Assembly: GCA_963789335.1 (NCBI GenBank)
Contig: CAWBKH010000003.1
Location: 233,757-297,756, forward strand
DNA length: 64,000 bases
Direction: 5' to 3'
From: an uncultured Verrucomicrobiae bacterium
GTDB taxonomy: Bacteria > Verrucomicrobiota > Verrucomicrobiia > Limisphaerales > UBA11358
In this document: positions 37,783 to 46,258 of the stretch, in pieces
Layout of the letters: every line of letters starts with the position of its first letter
Numbering within the stretch: the stretch's first letter is position 1
Position numbers and translations under genes: made by a program
The notes under the pieces: generated by a model
Database searches by the model: none
What the model saw: the letters and a program-made list of their open reading frames with translations, nothing else
What the model was told of the DNA's origin: nothing

Positions 37783-39032
37783 GAACCATCCGCTGGACGG
37801 AATACGGGGAATTGACGGTCCTGTTCTTCCTCCAGTCCATGGCCGTCGGCATCTGGATGGTGCCTTTGAGCGTGGTGTTCAAGGCCCACAACTTGGAGGG
37901 CATCGCGCCCTACGCCTTTGCCACTTCCGCCCTGGCTGCTTTCATTTCACCGCTGATTTTCGGCGCGATGGCAGACCGCCATGCCTCGCCGGTGGCCGTA
38001 TTGCGCGGGCTGGCTGTGGCGAGCGCGGCCACCCTGTCGCTCGCCGCTTGGAGCATCAAATCCGGTTGGTCGCCGGGATTGGTGTTGGTGCTGGTGCAAA
38101 TCTACGCGCTGTGCGCCGCGCCCACGGGCAGCATTGTGAGCGCCATCGTCTTCTCGCGCCTGCAAAATTCCGAGCGCCAGTTCGGGCCGATTCGCGCCGG
38201 GGCGACCGTGGGCTGGATGGCGGGCTGCTGGCTGGTCAGCGCGCTGAATGCCGACGCCTCCACTTTGTCGGAATTTACTTGTGCCACCACCTGGCTGGCG
38301 CTGGCGGCGTTCACCTTCCTATTGCCCAGTGTGCCCCCGCCGAAAGCCACCGGCCAGCCGACCCTGTTGCAACGGCTGGGCTGGGACGCGATTGTGCTGC
38401 TGAAAAATCACGATCACCGCGCGGTCTTTGTTACCGCAGCGTTGTTCAGCATACCGCTGGCGGCATTTTATCCGTTCACGCCGCTGCAACTCCAACAACT
38501 CGGCTTTCAACATACATCCGCCTGGATGACGTTGGCCCAAACCACGGAATTGATCAGCATGTTTTCGCTGGCGGGATTGTTTTTGCGGTGGCGGTTAAAA
38601 TGGATTTTTGTGGCGGGGCTGGCCTTCGGACTGTTGCGTTTTCTTTTGTGCGCGGGCAACGGCAGAATATGGGTGCTGGCCGGCACCAGCTTGCACGGTT
38701 TCTCCTTCACCTTGTATTTCATCACCGCGCAGATTTACATCAATGAACGCGTTGGCCCCGAATGGCGGGCGCGGGCGCAGGCCATGTTGGCGCTGATGAC
38801 CAACGGCGTCGGAAACCTTTTCGGATATCTGGGCACTGGTTGGTGGTTCAACGCCTGCACGCGGCCTGCCGGAACACAATGGCCGGTCTTCTGGAGTGGC
38901 GTGACGTTGGCGGTTGGCGTCGTGATGATTTACTTCCTGGCCGCCTACCACGGAAAATATTCGGGCACCTCCCGGCCACCGGCAACCGGTCCCGTTATCA
39001 AAGCCCCCATTCCGCTCGGCGAAACCCGTTGA
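37779..39032 (+). CDS. MFS transporter (nucleoside:H+ symporter-like)
   Basis: 417 aa with 12 TM-like segments. The start overlaps the upstream stop. The subfamily guess comes from N-terminal similarity remembered for the NupG/YegT type and is unverified. Confidence 0.7.
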   Translation: MRTIRWTEYGELTVLFFLQSMAVGIWMVPLSVVFKAHNLEGIAPYAFATSALAAFISPLIFGAMADRHASPVAVLRGLAVASAATLSLAAWSIKSGWSPGLVLVLVQIYALCAAPTGSIVSAIVFSRLQNSERQFGPIRAGATVGWMAGCWLVSALNADASTLSEFTCATTWLALAAFTFLLPSVPPPKATGQPTLLQRLGWDAIVLLKNHDHRAVFVTAALFSIPLAAFYPFTPLQLQQLGFQHTSAWMTLAQTTELISMFSLAGLFLRWRLKWIFVAGLAFGLLRFLLCAGNGRIWVLAGTSLHGFSFTLYFITAQIYINERVGPEWRARAQAMLALMTNGVGNLFGYLGTGWWFNACTRPAGTQWPVFWSGVTLAVGVVMIYFLAAYHGKYSGTSRPPATGPVIKAPIPLGETR

Positions 39033-39060
39033 CCGCCCGTCAAAGAATTCCGCTTCACTC

Positions 39061-39136
39061 GTAGCCGCCGACGTGAGGAGGCGGAACTCGTCCGGGAATT
39101 ATGGCGTTCTGTCCGCCTCGTTCCCTCGGTGGCTAC
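39061..39136. repeat. GC-rich REP-like inverted repeat (GTAGCCRCCGA... type)
   Basis: GTAGCCGCCGACGTGAGGAGGCGGA versus the reverse complement of the right arm GTAGCCACCGAGGGAACGAGGCGGA. Same size class and end motif as 16926-16997. Confidence 0.6.
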
Positions 39137-39188
39137 TGTTTTAACGGGTTGTTAGCCAGCTTCGGGAAAATGGACAACCGGCTAGTCT

Positions 39189-39764
39189 TCACTGGTTGGA
39201 CGCGTCACAGAATTCCTTGCCCATGATATAATCGTCCATCACGAAACCGCCGCCGATGTCCGTGACCACAGGTTCAGCGATAACAAATCCGTTTCGTTTG
39301 TACGCGGCAATGGCCTTGGCATTGCGCTTGTTGACGGAGAGAATCAAGCGATGCGCTCCGCCGACGCGAACCTCCTGCTCGCAATGCTGCAATAGCCGGC
39401 TGCCCAGTCCGCGACCTTGCAACTCCGGTAAAAGGTAAAGCTTGTGCAATTTGAAGGTAGGGACAGCGCGCTGCGCTGTCCGGACGCCGCGGCGCAGCGT
39501 CCCTACCTCTGCGGAGCCGTAGGACGCGAATCCGACTGGTTTGCCGTCCACGATCAGAAGGTCGTAACGAATGCCCTGGGAACGAATCTCCTCGCGCATT
39601 GTGTCCTGCGCATACATCCGCGCCAGCATGTAATCAATCTGCGCATGGGTGATGATGCCCGGATAACACGCCCGCCAGATGATGCCCGCCAGTTCGGAAA
39701 TGGCTGCCAGATCGGTTTCTGCAGCCTGAATGATTTCCGTCTGGACTGGTCGATTGGATTTCAT
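39189..39764 (-). CDS. GNAT-family N-acetyltransferase carrying an in-frame repeat insertion
   Basis: I chose the ATG at 39764. Motif A is QGRGLGSRLL. The 20 codons AEVGTLRRGVRTAQRAVPTF just before the motif-A strand span the palindromic element at 39456-39507 plus a few flanking bases. Confidence 0.8.
   Translation of the reverse strand: MKSNRPVQTEIIQAAETDLAAISELAGIIWRACYPGIITHAQIDYMLARMYAQDTMREEIRSQGIRYDLLIVDGKPVGFASYGSAEVGTLRRGVRTAQRAVPTFKLHKLYLLPELQGRGLGSRLLQHCEQEVRVGGAHRLILSVNKRNAKAIAAYKRNGFVIAEPVVTDIGGGFVMDDYIMGKEFCDASNQ
39456..39507. repeat. 52-bp GC-rich compound palindrome inside the GNAT coding sequence
   Basis: GGTAG [GGACAGCGC gct GCGCTGTCC] [GGACGC cgcggcgca GCGTCC] CTACC. The outer 9-bp stem is GGTAGGGAC/GTCCCTACC, with two internal hairpins. 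Confidence 0.8.
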
Positions 39765-40164
39765 TTGCGCCGACGGTCGTGAATCCGGAGAGCCATGCGG
39801 ATTTTTTACCACGGATGACACAGGTGGGCACGGATTCTTTGGCCACAAAAGCAGGGCGCGCCACTCCGTGCGCGCCGTCTTCAGCGATACAAAGCCAAAA
39901 CTTCAACCGCAGATGAACGCGGATGGACGCTGATTTTTTCAACGCCAGGACGTGAAGACGCAAAGACCGCAAAAAGACTAACCGCGAAACACGCTGAACA
40001 CTCGAAATTTATTTGCCGCACACGTCGCGCCGTAGCCTTGGCGAAGGCGGAAAACCCATTGCCGGAAACTGGCCTTCGGCGTAATCTCGCCGCGTCAGTC
40101 AAAAAAACTAAACGACCAGAAAACCAATTTAACCAAAATCATTTCGCGTAGCTTCGGCTGCTGT

Positions 40165-40291
40165 CCAACTCGAAACTAGCACTTTCATTCACAGGACGGC
40201 GTTCGAAGGCACGCCCACATCGGGCGTGCCTGAAAACGTTCCTGTGAAGGCATGCTAGTGCCTGAGTTGGGGCGTGAGTAGGTCACGCCCC
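40165..40291. repeat. Nested hairpin structures upstream of the Type ISP gene
   Basis: Outer pair CCAACTC (40165-40171)/GAGTTGG (40264-40270); inner pair TTCACAGGA/TCCTGTGAA; apical pair AGGCACGCCC/GGGCGTGCCT; then a second hairpin GGGGCGTGA (40269-40277)/TCACGCCCC (40283-40291). Confidence 0.55.
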
Positions 40292-40377
40292 TTCGCATTT
40301 TCAGGCACAGCATTTCTTCACCGGACAAGCCATCCCGACAGGGCTGATTCGCACGCGAGCGAATTCAGCTTGTCTGC

Positions 40378-43300
40378 ATGGGGACGCTTTCCATCTACGA
40401 TGTCCTTGCATATTTCCGCGAGGAGGCCACTTCCAACCGCGATCTCGGCGACCGCTTCGAGCGGCTTATTTGCCGTTACCTCGAACTGGACCCCATCTAC
40501 GCCGAGCGGTTCTCCAACGTCTGGATGTGGAATGAGTGGCCACGCAAAGGAAATGTCGGCGATGTAGGCATAGATATTGTGGCAGAGGAGCGTACCACCG
40601 GTGCGTTCTGCGCCATCCAGTGCAAGTTTTACCTGCCAGAGCACACCATCGCAAAAGAGGACATAGATTCTTTCTTCACGGCGTCAGGCAAAGAATTGTT
40701 CACGTCCGGCATGATTGTCTCGACCACCGACCGGTGGAGTAAAAACGCCGAGCACGCGCTGGCGAACCAATCCAAGCCCGTCACCCGGTTAACCGTCCAT
40801 GACCTCGACGCCAGCCCGATTGACTGGTCGAAATTCACGCTTCAGCGCCCGCAAGACCTCAGCCTTCGCCCGCAAAAGAAACCCCGCGATGATCAGAAAT
40901 CGGCCATTGCAGACGTGCTCAAAGGATTCGCCCAAGCCGACCGCGGCAAGCTCATCATGGCGTGCGGCACGGGCAAAACCTTCACCGCGCTGAAGATTGC
41001 CGAGAAAGTTGCGCCCACCGGCCACGTTCTGTTTCTTGTACCATCGCTTTCGTTGATGTCGCAAACCTTGCGCGAATGGACTGCTGAATCCGTCCGCCCC
41101 ATTCACAGCCTCGCCGTCTGTTCCGACACCACCATCGGCAAACGCACTGCCAAAACAGACGACGACAAGGCCGATATTACCATCTATGACCTTGCGTTTC
41201 CTGCAACAACTTCCGCCAGGCAGATTAACTGGCAGTATCGCGCCATCTGCACCATGGCAGAGAAAAAAAAGACGCCCGCGCAGATGACGGTCGTCTTTTC
41301 CACCTACCAATCCATTGAGGCAGTGTCGGAGGCGCAAAAGGCCGGCCTGCCGGAATTTGATCTCATTATCTGCGATGAAGCGCATCGCACCACCGGCGTC
41401 ACGTTGAGCGGCGAGGACGAAAGCCACTTCGTCAAAATCCACGACGCCGATTTCATCAAAGGTAAAAAACGACTCTACATGACCGCCACGCCGCGCATCT
41501 ACGGCGACGAGGCCAAGGTGAAGGCCAAGGACGCCGACGCCGAAATTTGCTCAATGGATAATCCCGCGCTCTTTGGCGAGGAATTCCATCGCCTCGGTTT
41601 CGGTGAAGCCGTCAGCAAATCGCTCCTGTCCGACTATAAGGTGCTCGTCCTCGCCGTGGATGAGAAATATGTCAACAAAACTTTCCAACGCCAGATTGCC
41701 GACAAGAACAATGAGATAGACCTCAACGATGCCGTCCGCATCACCGGCTGTTGGAACGGACTGGCCAAACGCTTCGATCACTCCACCGCCACAGCCGCTG
41801 ACTTGCAGGGCGACGTGGCGCACATGCGCCGTGCCGTGGCCTTTTCCCGTTCCATCAAAGACTCGAAAGCCTTCGTCGAAAAATTCGGCCAGATCGTTGC
41901 CGCCTACCGCGAGACGCATCCGGACGCGGAAAACCTGCTCACCTGCGAACTGGATCACGTGGACGGCACTTACGATGCCCTCAAGCGCAACGCCCGGCTC
42001 GACTGGCTCAAAGCCACCGCGCCGGAGAACACCTGCCGCATCCTTTCCAATGCGCGCTGCCTTTCCGAAGGCGTGGACGTTCCGGCGCTGGACGCCGTGC
42101 TGTTCCTCAATCCCCGCAAATCCCAGATTGATGTTGTCCAGTCGGTCGGTCGCCTGATGCGCCGGGCGGAAGGCAAGAAATACGGCTACATCATCCTGCC
42201 TGTCGGCATCCCGGCGGACGTGCCTGCTGAGGAAGCGCTGAAGGACAACGAGAAATACAAGGTCATCTGGCAAGTATTGCAGGCGCTCCGTGCTCATGAC
42301 GACCGCTTCAACGCTACCGTCAATCACATCGAACTCAACAAGCATCGCCCCGATGTAATCCAGGTCATCGGCATTGGTGGCGACGACCCGAAAGCACCGG
42401 GCGACGGAAAAAGCGACGGCGACGGTCAGATGACAGCACGCGAAGTGCAGGGCGCATTTGCCTTCCCGCATTTGGAGGAATGGAAGGACGCCATCTACGC
42501 CCGCATCGTTTTGAAGTGCGGCGACCGCCGCTACTGGGAAAGCTGGGCGAAGGACGTAGCCGTCATCGCCGAACGCCACGCCGACCGCATCCGGGCACTG
42601 CTGGAAAGTGGCGATGCGTGCCATAAACAAGCCTTCGCCGATTTCCTTACCGGCCTGCGCGACAACATCAATCCCAGCATCGGCGCGGACGATGCCATCG
42701 AGATGTTTTCCCAGCACCTCATCACGCGTCCGGTCTTCGACGCGCTGTTCGAGAACTACGCTTTCACGCAGCAAAATCCCATGTCCAAAGCCATGCAGCA
42801 GATGCTTGACACGCTGCACGACCAGGCGCTGGAGAAGGAAACCGCCGCGCTGGAGAAATTCTACGCCAGCGTCCGCCAGCGCGCCTCTGGCATAGACAAC
42901 GCGGAAGGCCGCCAGCGCGTCGTCATCGAGCTTTACGACAAATTCTTCCGCACCGCTTTTCCGAAGATGGCTGAACGCCTCGGCATCGTCTATACGCCGG
43001 TCGAGGTGGTAGATTTCATCGTTCACAGCGTGGAAGATGTCTTGCAGCATGAGTTCCGGTCATCACTTGGGGCGAAGGATGTCCATGTGATTGACCCGTT
43101 CACCGGCACTGGCACATTCATCGTGCGCCTGCTCCAGAGCGGCTTCATCCAGCCTGCTGACCTGCTGCGCAAATACCAGCACGAACTCCACGCCAACGAA
43201 ATCGTCCTGCTCGCCTACTACATCGCCGCCATCAACATCGAGGAAACCTTCCACGGCCTGCAACGCGCGAATGGTTCAGTGAGCTACAGATTGGGAACTT

Positions 43301-45477
43301 CTGGTATGGGGAGCGCGCCCGCCCCGGGCGCAGTTTCCCGCGCCCTCGCGGGAAACCCGGGGGCGTCCGAACCATCCACCGCTTCCGCCATGACCCCGCG
43401 CTCAGAGTTGCCGACGAGGGCGTCGGCAACAGCAGCCGGGGCGGCTGCGCTCCCCCAGACAAATTACATTCCATTCGAGGGCATCGTGCTGACGGACACG
43501 TTCCAGATGGCGGAAACCAAGGGTGAGATGGAGGAAAAGATGTTCCCGGAAAACAACCGCCGGGTGAAACGCCAGAAGCAAAGCCCCATCCGCGTCGTGA
43601 CTGGCAATCCACCTTACTCTGTAGGGCAGGCGAGTGAAAACGACCAGAACAAGAATCTTAAATACGACAACCTCGACGGTCGCATCCGCTCGACTTACGC
43701 AGAGCGTTCAGCGGCGAAGCTTAAGAAAAGCCTCTACAACAGCTATATCCGGGCTTTTCGCTGGGCCAGCGACCGCATTCAAGATAAAGGCATCGTAGCT
43801 TTCGTTTCGAACGGCAGATTCATCGACAACAATTCGATGGACGGACTTCGAGCCTGTGTTGTTAGTGAGTTCACTACCATCTATGTTTTTAATCTCCGAG
43901 GTGACGCTCACACTTCAGGCGAACAGAGGCGCATGGAGAAGGGCAATGTCTTTGGTGAAGGCACGAAAGATCCAATCGCGATTACTATCCTCGTCAAAAA
44001 TCCGCTGAAGACAGGAAAGTGCGAAATCTACTACCATGACATTGGTGACTATCTCGACCGCGCAGAAAAGCTCAACACAATCCGTGCGCTTCAAAGCATC
44101 AACGGCATACACCGCGATAAGAAATGGAAACGCCTCCAGCCAAACGCTAGCCATGATTGGATAAATCAACGCGACCCGACGTTCGGGAAGTTTGTTTTGT
44201 TTGGCGACAAGCAGGACGCCAGTGCAACCACGGTTTTTGAAGACTACTCTCAGGGCCTCCTAACCAGCCGTGACAAGTGGTGTTATCATTACGCCCGCTC
44301 TGCCGTTGCAGTCCATATGCATCGGATGATTCAATTCTATAACGAACAGGTTGATCGAGTTGCCAGAGTCGTCGCTGGAAAAAACAGGGCCGAGATCACT
44401 GAACTTGTGAACAAGGTCATCAACACAGACCCCAAGAAAATCTCTTGGTCAGGAAATTTAAAAGACGACGTAGCAAAACTAACAAAGCACGAATTTTGCG
44501 AAGACCGCATATTGATTGGTGTCTATCGGCCGTTTGCGAAGCAAGCAGTTTATATGGATCGCGATTTCAACGAGCGCGTTTACCAGATACCGCGAATTTT
44601 CCCGAAGGCGGGAGTGCCGAATCAGGTCATAGTCGTTTCTGGTATTGGCGCTGCGAAGGACTTCTCCGCACTCATTACCGATTGTGTTCCGAACTTCCAC
44701 ATGCACGACACTGGCCAGTGCTTTCCCTTTTACCTCTACGAAAAGGACGAGCCAACCGAGTCAAAAGCAGGCGAAGAAACGAAGCTTCGTGAAGTGGATT
44801 TAATCGCCAAAGAGCCGGAAGGCGAGTTGGTAGAAGGCTGCCAGCGGCGCAGCGCCATCACGGATGCCATCCTCGCCGATTTTCGCGCGGCCTACGAAGC
44901 ACGGGTCACGAAGGAGGACATCTTTTACTACGTCTATGGCGTGCTGCATTCGCCGGAGTATCGCACCCGTTTCGCCAGCGACCTGAAGAAGATGCTGCCG
45001 CGCCTGCCCTTCACGCGGGAGACGGCGGACTTCTGGCGCTTCAGCCAGGCGGGCCGCGACCTCGCCCAGTGGCATTTGAATTACGAGACCATCGAGCCGT
45101 GGCCGGTGAAGGAATTCGCCAGCGAACTCCTGAGCGACCCGGCAACGGATTTCCTCGTGCAAAAGATGACCTTTGGCCGGAAGGACCGGCAGGTGGACAA
45201 AACGACCATCCATTACAACGCGCGCATCACACTCACCGGCATCCCGCTCGAAGCCTACGATTACGTTGTGAACGGCAAGCCCGCGCTCGAATGGATCATG
45301 GAGCGTTACCAGATCACTGTGGACAAGGACAGCGGCATCCGCAACGACCCGAACGATTGGGCGCGGGAGCACAACCAACCCCGCTACATCCTCGACCTCC
45401 TCAAACGCATCATCCGCGTGAGCCTAGAAACGATGAAGATTGTGAATGCATTGCCGCCGTTGAACGAGCGGAAATGA
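40378..45477 (+). CDS. Type ISP-like restriction-modification enzyme (Mrr-like nuclease, SF2 ATPase, N6-adenine methyltransferase, target-recognition region)
   Basis: 1699 aa. The N-terminal PD-(D/E)xK-like block is GIDIVAEE...AIQCKF. Walker A is ACGTGKTF and DEAH is ICDEAHRT. MTase motif I is DPFTGTGTF and motif IV is GNPPYS. This is the LlaGI/LlaBIII-type domain order as I remember it. Confidence 0.8.
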   Translation: MGTLSIYDVLAYFREEATSNRDLGDRFERLICRYLELDPIYAERFSNVWMWNEWPRKGNVGDVGIDIVAEERTTGAFCAIQCKFYLPEHTIAKEDIDSFFTASGKELFTSGMIVSTTDRWSKNAEHALANQSKPVTRLTVHDLDASPIDWSKFTLQRPQDLSLRPQKKPRDDQKSAIADVLKGFAQADRGKLIMACGTGKTFTALKIAEKVAPTGHVLFLVPSLSLMSQTLREWTAESVRPIHSLAVCSDTTIGKRTAKTDDDKADITIYDLAFPATTSARQINWQYRAICTMAEKKKTPAQMTVVFSTYQSIEAVSEAQKAGLPEFDLIICDEAHRTTGVTLSGEDESHFVKIHDADFIKGKKRLYMTATPRIYGDEAKVKAKDADAEICSMDNPALFGEEFHRLGFGEAVSKSLLSDYKVLVLAVDEKYVNKTFQRQIADKNNEIDLNDAVRITGCWNGLAKRFDHSTATAADLQGDVAHMRRAVAFSRSIKDSKAFVEKFGQIVAAYRETHPDAENLLTCELDHVDGTYDALKRNARLDWLKATAPENTCRILSNARCLSEGVDVPALDAVLFLNPRKSQIDVVQSVGRLMRRAEGKKYGYIILPVGIPADVPAEEALKDNEKYKVIWQVLQALRAHDDRFNATVNHIELNKHRPDVIQVIGIGGDDPKAPGDGKSDGDGQMTAREVQGAFAFPHLEEWKDAIYARIVLKCGDRRYWESWAKDVAVIAERHADRIRALLESGDACHKQAFADFLTGLRDNINPSIGADDAIEMFSQHLITRPVFDALFENYAFTQQNPMSKAMQQMLDTLHDQALEKETAALEKFYASVRQRASGIDNAEGRQRVVIELYDKFFRTAFPKMAERLGIVYTPVEVVDFIVHSVEDVLQHEFRSSLGAKDVHVIDPFTGTGTFIVRLLQSGFIQPADLLRKYQHELHANEIVLLAYYIAAINIEETFHGLQRANGSVSYRLGTSGMGSAPAPGAVSRALAGNPGASEPSTASAMTPRSELPTRASATAAGAAALPQTNYIPFEGIVLTDTFQMAETKGEMEEKMFPENNRRVKRQKQSPIRVVTGNPPYSVGQASENDQNKNLKYDNLDGRIRSTYAERSAAKLKKSLYNSYIRAFRWASDRIQDKGIVAFVSNGRFIDNNSMDGLRACVVSEFTTIYVFNLRGDAHTSGEQRRMEKGNVFGEGTKDPIAITILVKNPLKTGKCEIYYHDIGDYLDRAEKLNTIRALQSINGIHRDKKWKRLQPNASHDWINQRDPTFGKFVLFGDKQDASATTVFEDYSQGLLTSRDKWCYHYARSAVAVHMHRMIQFYNEQVDRVARVVAGKNRAEITELVNKVINTDPKKISWSGNLKDDVAKLTKHEFCEDRILIGVYRPFAKQAVYMDRDFNERVYQIPRIFPKAGVPNQVIVVSGIGAAKDFSALITDCVPNFHMHDTGQCFPFYLYEKDEPTESKAGEETKLREVDLIAKEPEGELVEGCQRRSAITDAILADFRAAYEARVTKEDIFYYVYGVLHSPEYRTRFASDLKKMLPRLPFTRETADFWRFSQAGRDLAQWHLNYETIEPWPVKEFASELLSDPATDFLVQKMTFGRKDRQVDKTTIHYNARITLTGIPLEAYDYVVNGKPALEWIMERYQITVDKDSGIRNDPNDWAREHNQPRYILDLLKRIIRVSLETMKIVNALPPLNERK
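43308..43455. repeat. About 148-bp TIR-bounded GC-rich palindromic element inside the Type ISP ORF
   Basis: The ends are GGGGAGCGCGCCCGCCCCGG and CCGGGGCGGCTGCGCTCCCC, with 19 of 20 positions complementary. Internal hairpins are GTTTCCCGCG-CCCT-CGCGGGAAAC and GTTGCCGAC-GAGGGC-GTCGGCAAC. It is translated as a low-complexity stretch (GSAPAPGAVSRALAGNPGASEPSTASAMTPRSELPTRASATAAGAAALP). Confidence 0.75.
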
Positions 45478-45543
45478 ACGGTAGGGCTGTTGCAACCGAT
45501 AAATTTCGCGTGTTCCGCGTGGTTCGCGGTTTCCGATTGAATG

Positions 45544-45642
45544 GAGACAGGCTGGAAGCATCCACCTTCGCCAGCTTCGGCGCGACAAGCTGTACTACGG
45601 CATTGTCCGTCCGAGCATCTGCTGGCTGAGGGCCGCGACGGC
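45544..45642. repeat. Direct repeat copy 1 (orphan duplicate of the 3' end of gene 46809..47915)
   Basis: Matches 46787-46856 except for one mismatch and a 29-bp insertion (45561-45589). On the minus strand it encodes ...AVAALSQQMLGRTMP* with no gene upstream of it. Confidence 0.85.
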
Positions 45643-45716
45643 AGCGAGGAGGATTGAATGGAACTACACCGCAAATTCGGGCTGACACGCCTGCCGAGTT
45701 GGGTTAATTTACTGTC

Positions 45717-45959
45717 ATGAGCAAAGCCGACATTCTGGCAGAGTTGCCCAAGCTGACACCGGCGGAATTGGCTGAAATTCAATCTCGAATTGAAGACCTC
45801 GCCACCTACGGTTCGGACGGCTGGCGGACGGACAGCGACCTTACAGAAGCGGAGAAACGGTTGATTGAGGCGCGATTGGACGACTTGGATCAGCATCCCG
45901 AAAAATCAATCCCTTGGCCGGAAGCGGAAGCGCGCCTCAAGGCCCGCTTTGGCAAGTGA
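45717..45959 (+). CDS. Addiction-module antitoxin component (TIGR02574-like)
   Basis: 80 aa. MSKADILAELPKLTPAELAEIQSRIEDL is the pattern I associate with the putative addiction module component family paired with RelE/ParE toxins. Confidence 0.7.
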   Translation: MSKADILAELPKLTPAELAEIQSRIEDLATYGSDGWRTDSDLTEAEKRLIEARLDDLDQHPEKSIPWPEAEARLKARFGK

Positions 45960-46258
45960 CCTACCAACTGGGCATTCACCCGGACGCACTCGCCGACATT
46001 GAGTCCGCCGGGGAGTGGTATGAGGAACGGCAACCGGGCTTGGGGGCTGATTTCTCGCGCACCGTCCGGCAAGCCATCAACACGCTGCCCGCCAATCCCC
46101 TGATTTATTGCCTGCGTGAGCGGCACCGGCAGGTTCGCTGGTTCTTCCCACCGCGGTTTCCCTATCGCATCGTGTATCGGGTGAAACGGGATTTGATTAC
46201 CATCGTTGCCGTCATCCACGCGGCCCGCCATGACCGACATTGGCGTGAACGGTTATGA
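45956..46258 (+). CDS. RelE/ParE-family toxin
   Basis: The GTG at 45956 overlaps the antitoxin stop (GTGA). 100 aa. The start MTYQLGIHPDALADIESAGEWY and the end ...YRIVYRVKRDLITIVAVIHAARH are typical ParE/RelE features. Confidence 0.75.
   Translation: MTYQLGIHPDALADIESAGEWYEERQPGLGADFSRTVRQAINTLPANPLIYCLRERHRQVRWFFPPRFPYRIVYRVKRDLITIVAVIHAARHDRHWRERL

Noticed and set aside
39881-40102. 73-aa ORF in the gap upstream of the R-M gene.
   Set aside because: The translation (…ISVHPRSSAVEV…, …AVSLFAVFASS…) is the kind of peptide produced by translating GC-rich dispersed repeats. There is no start context and no coding periodicity visible by eye.
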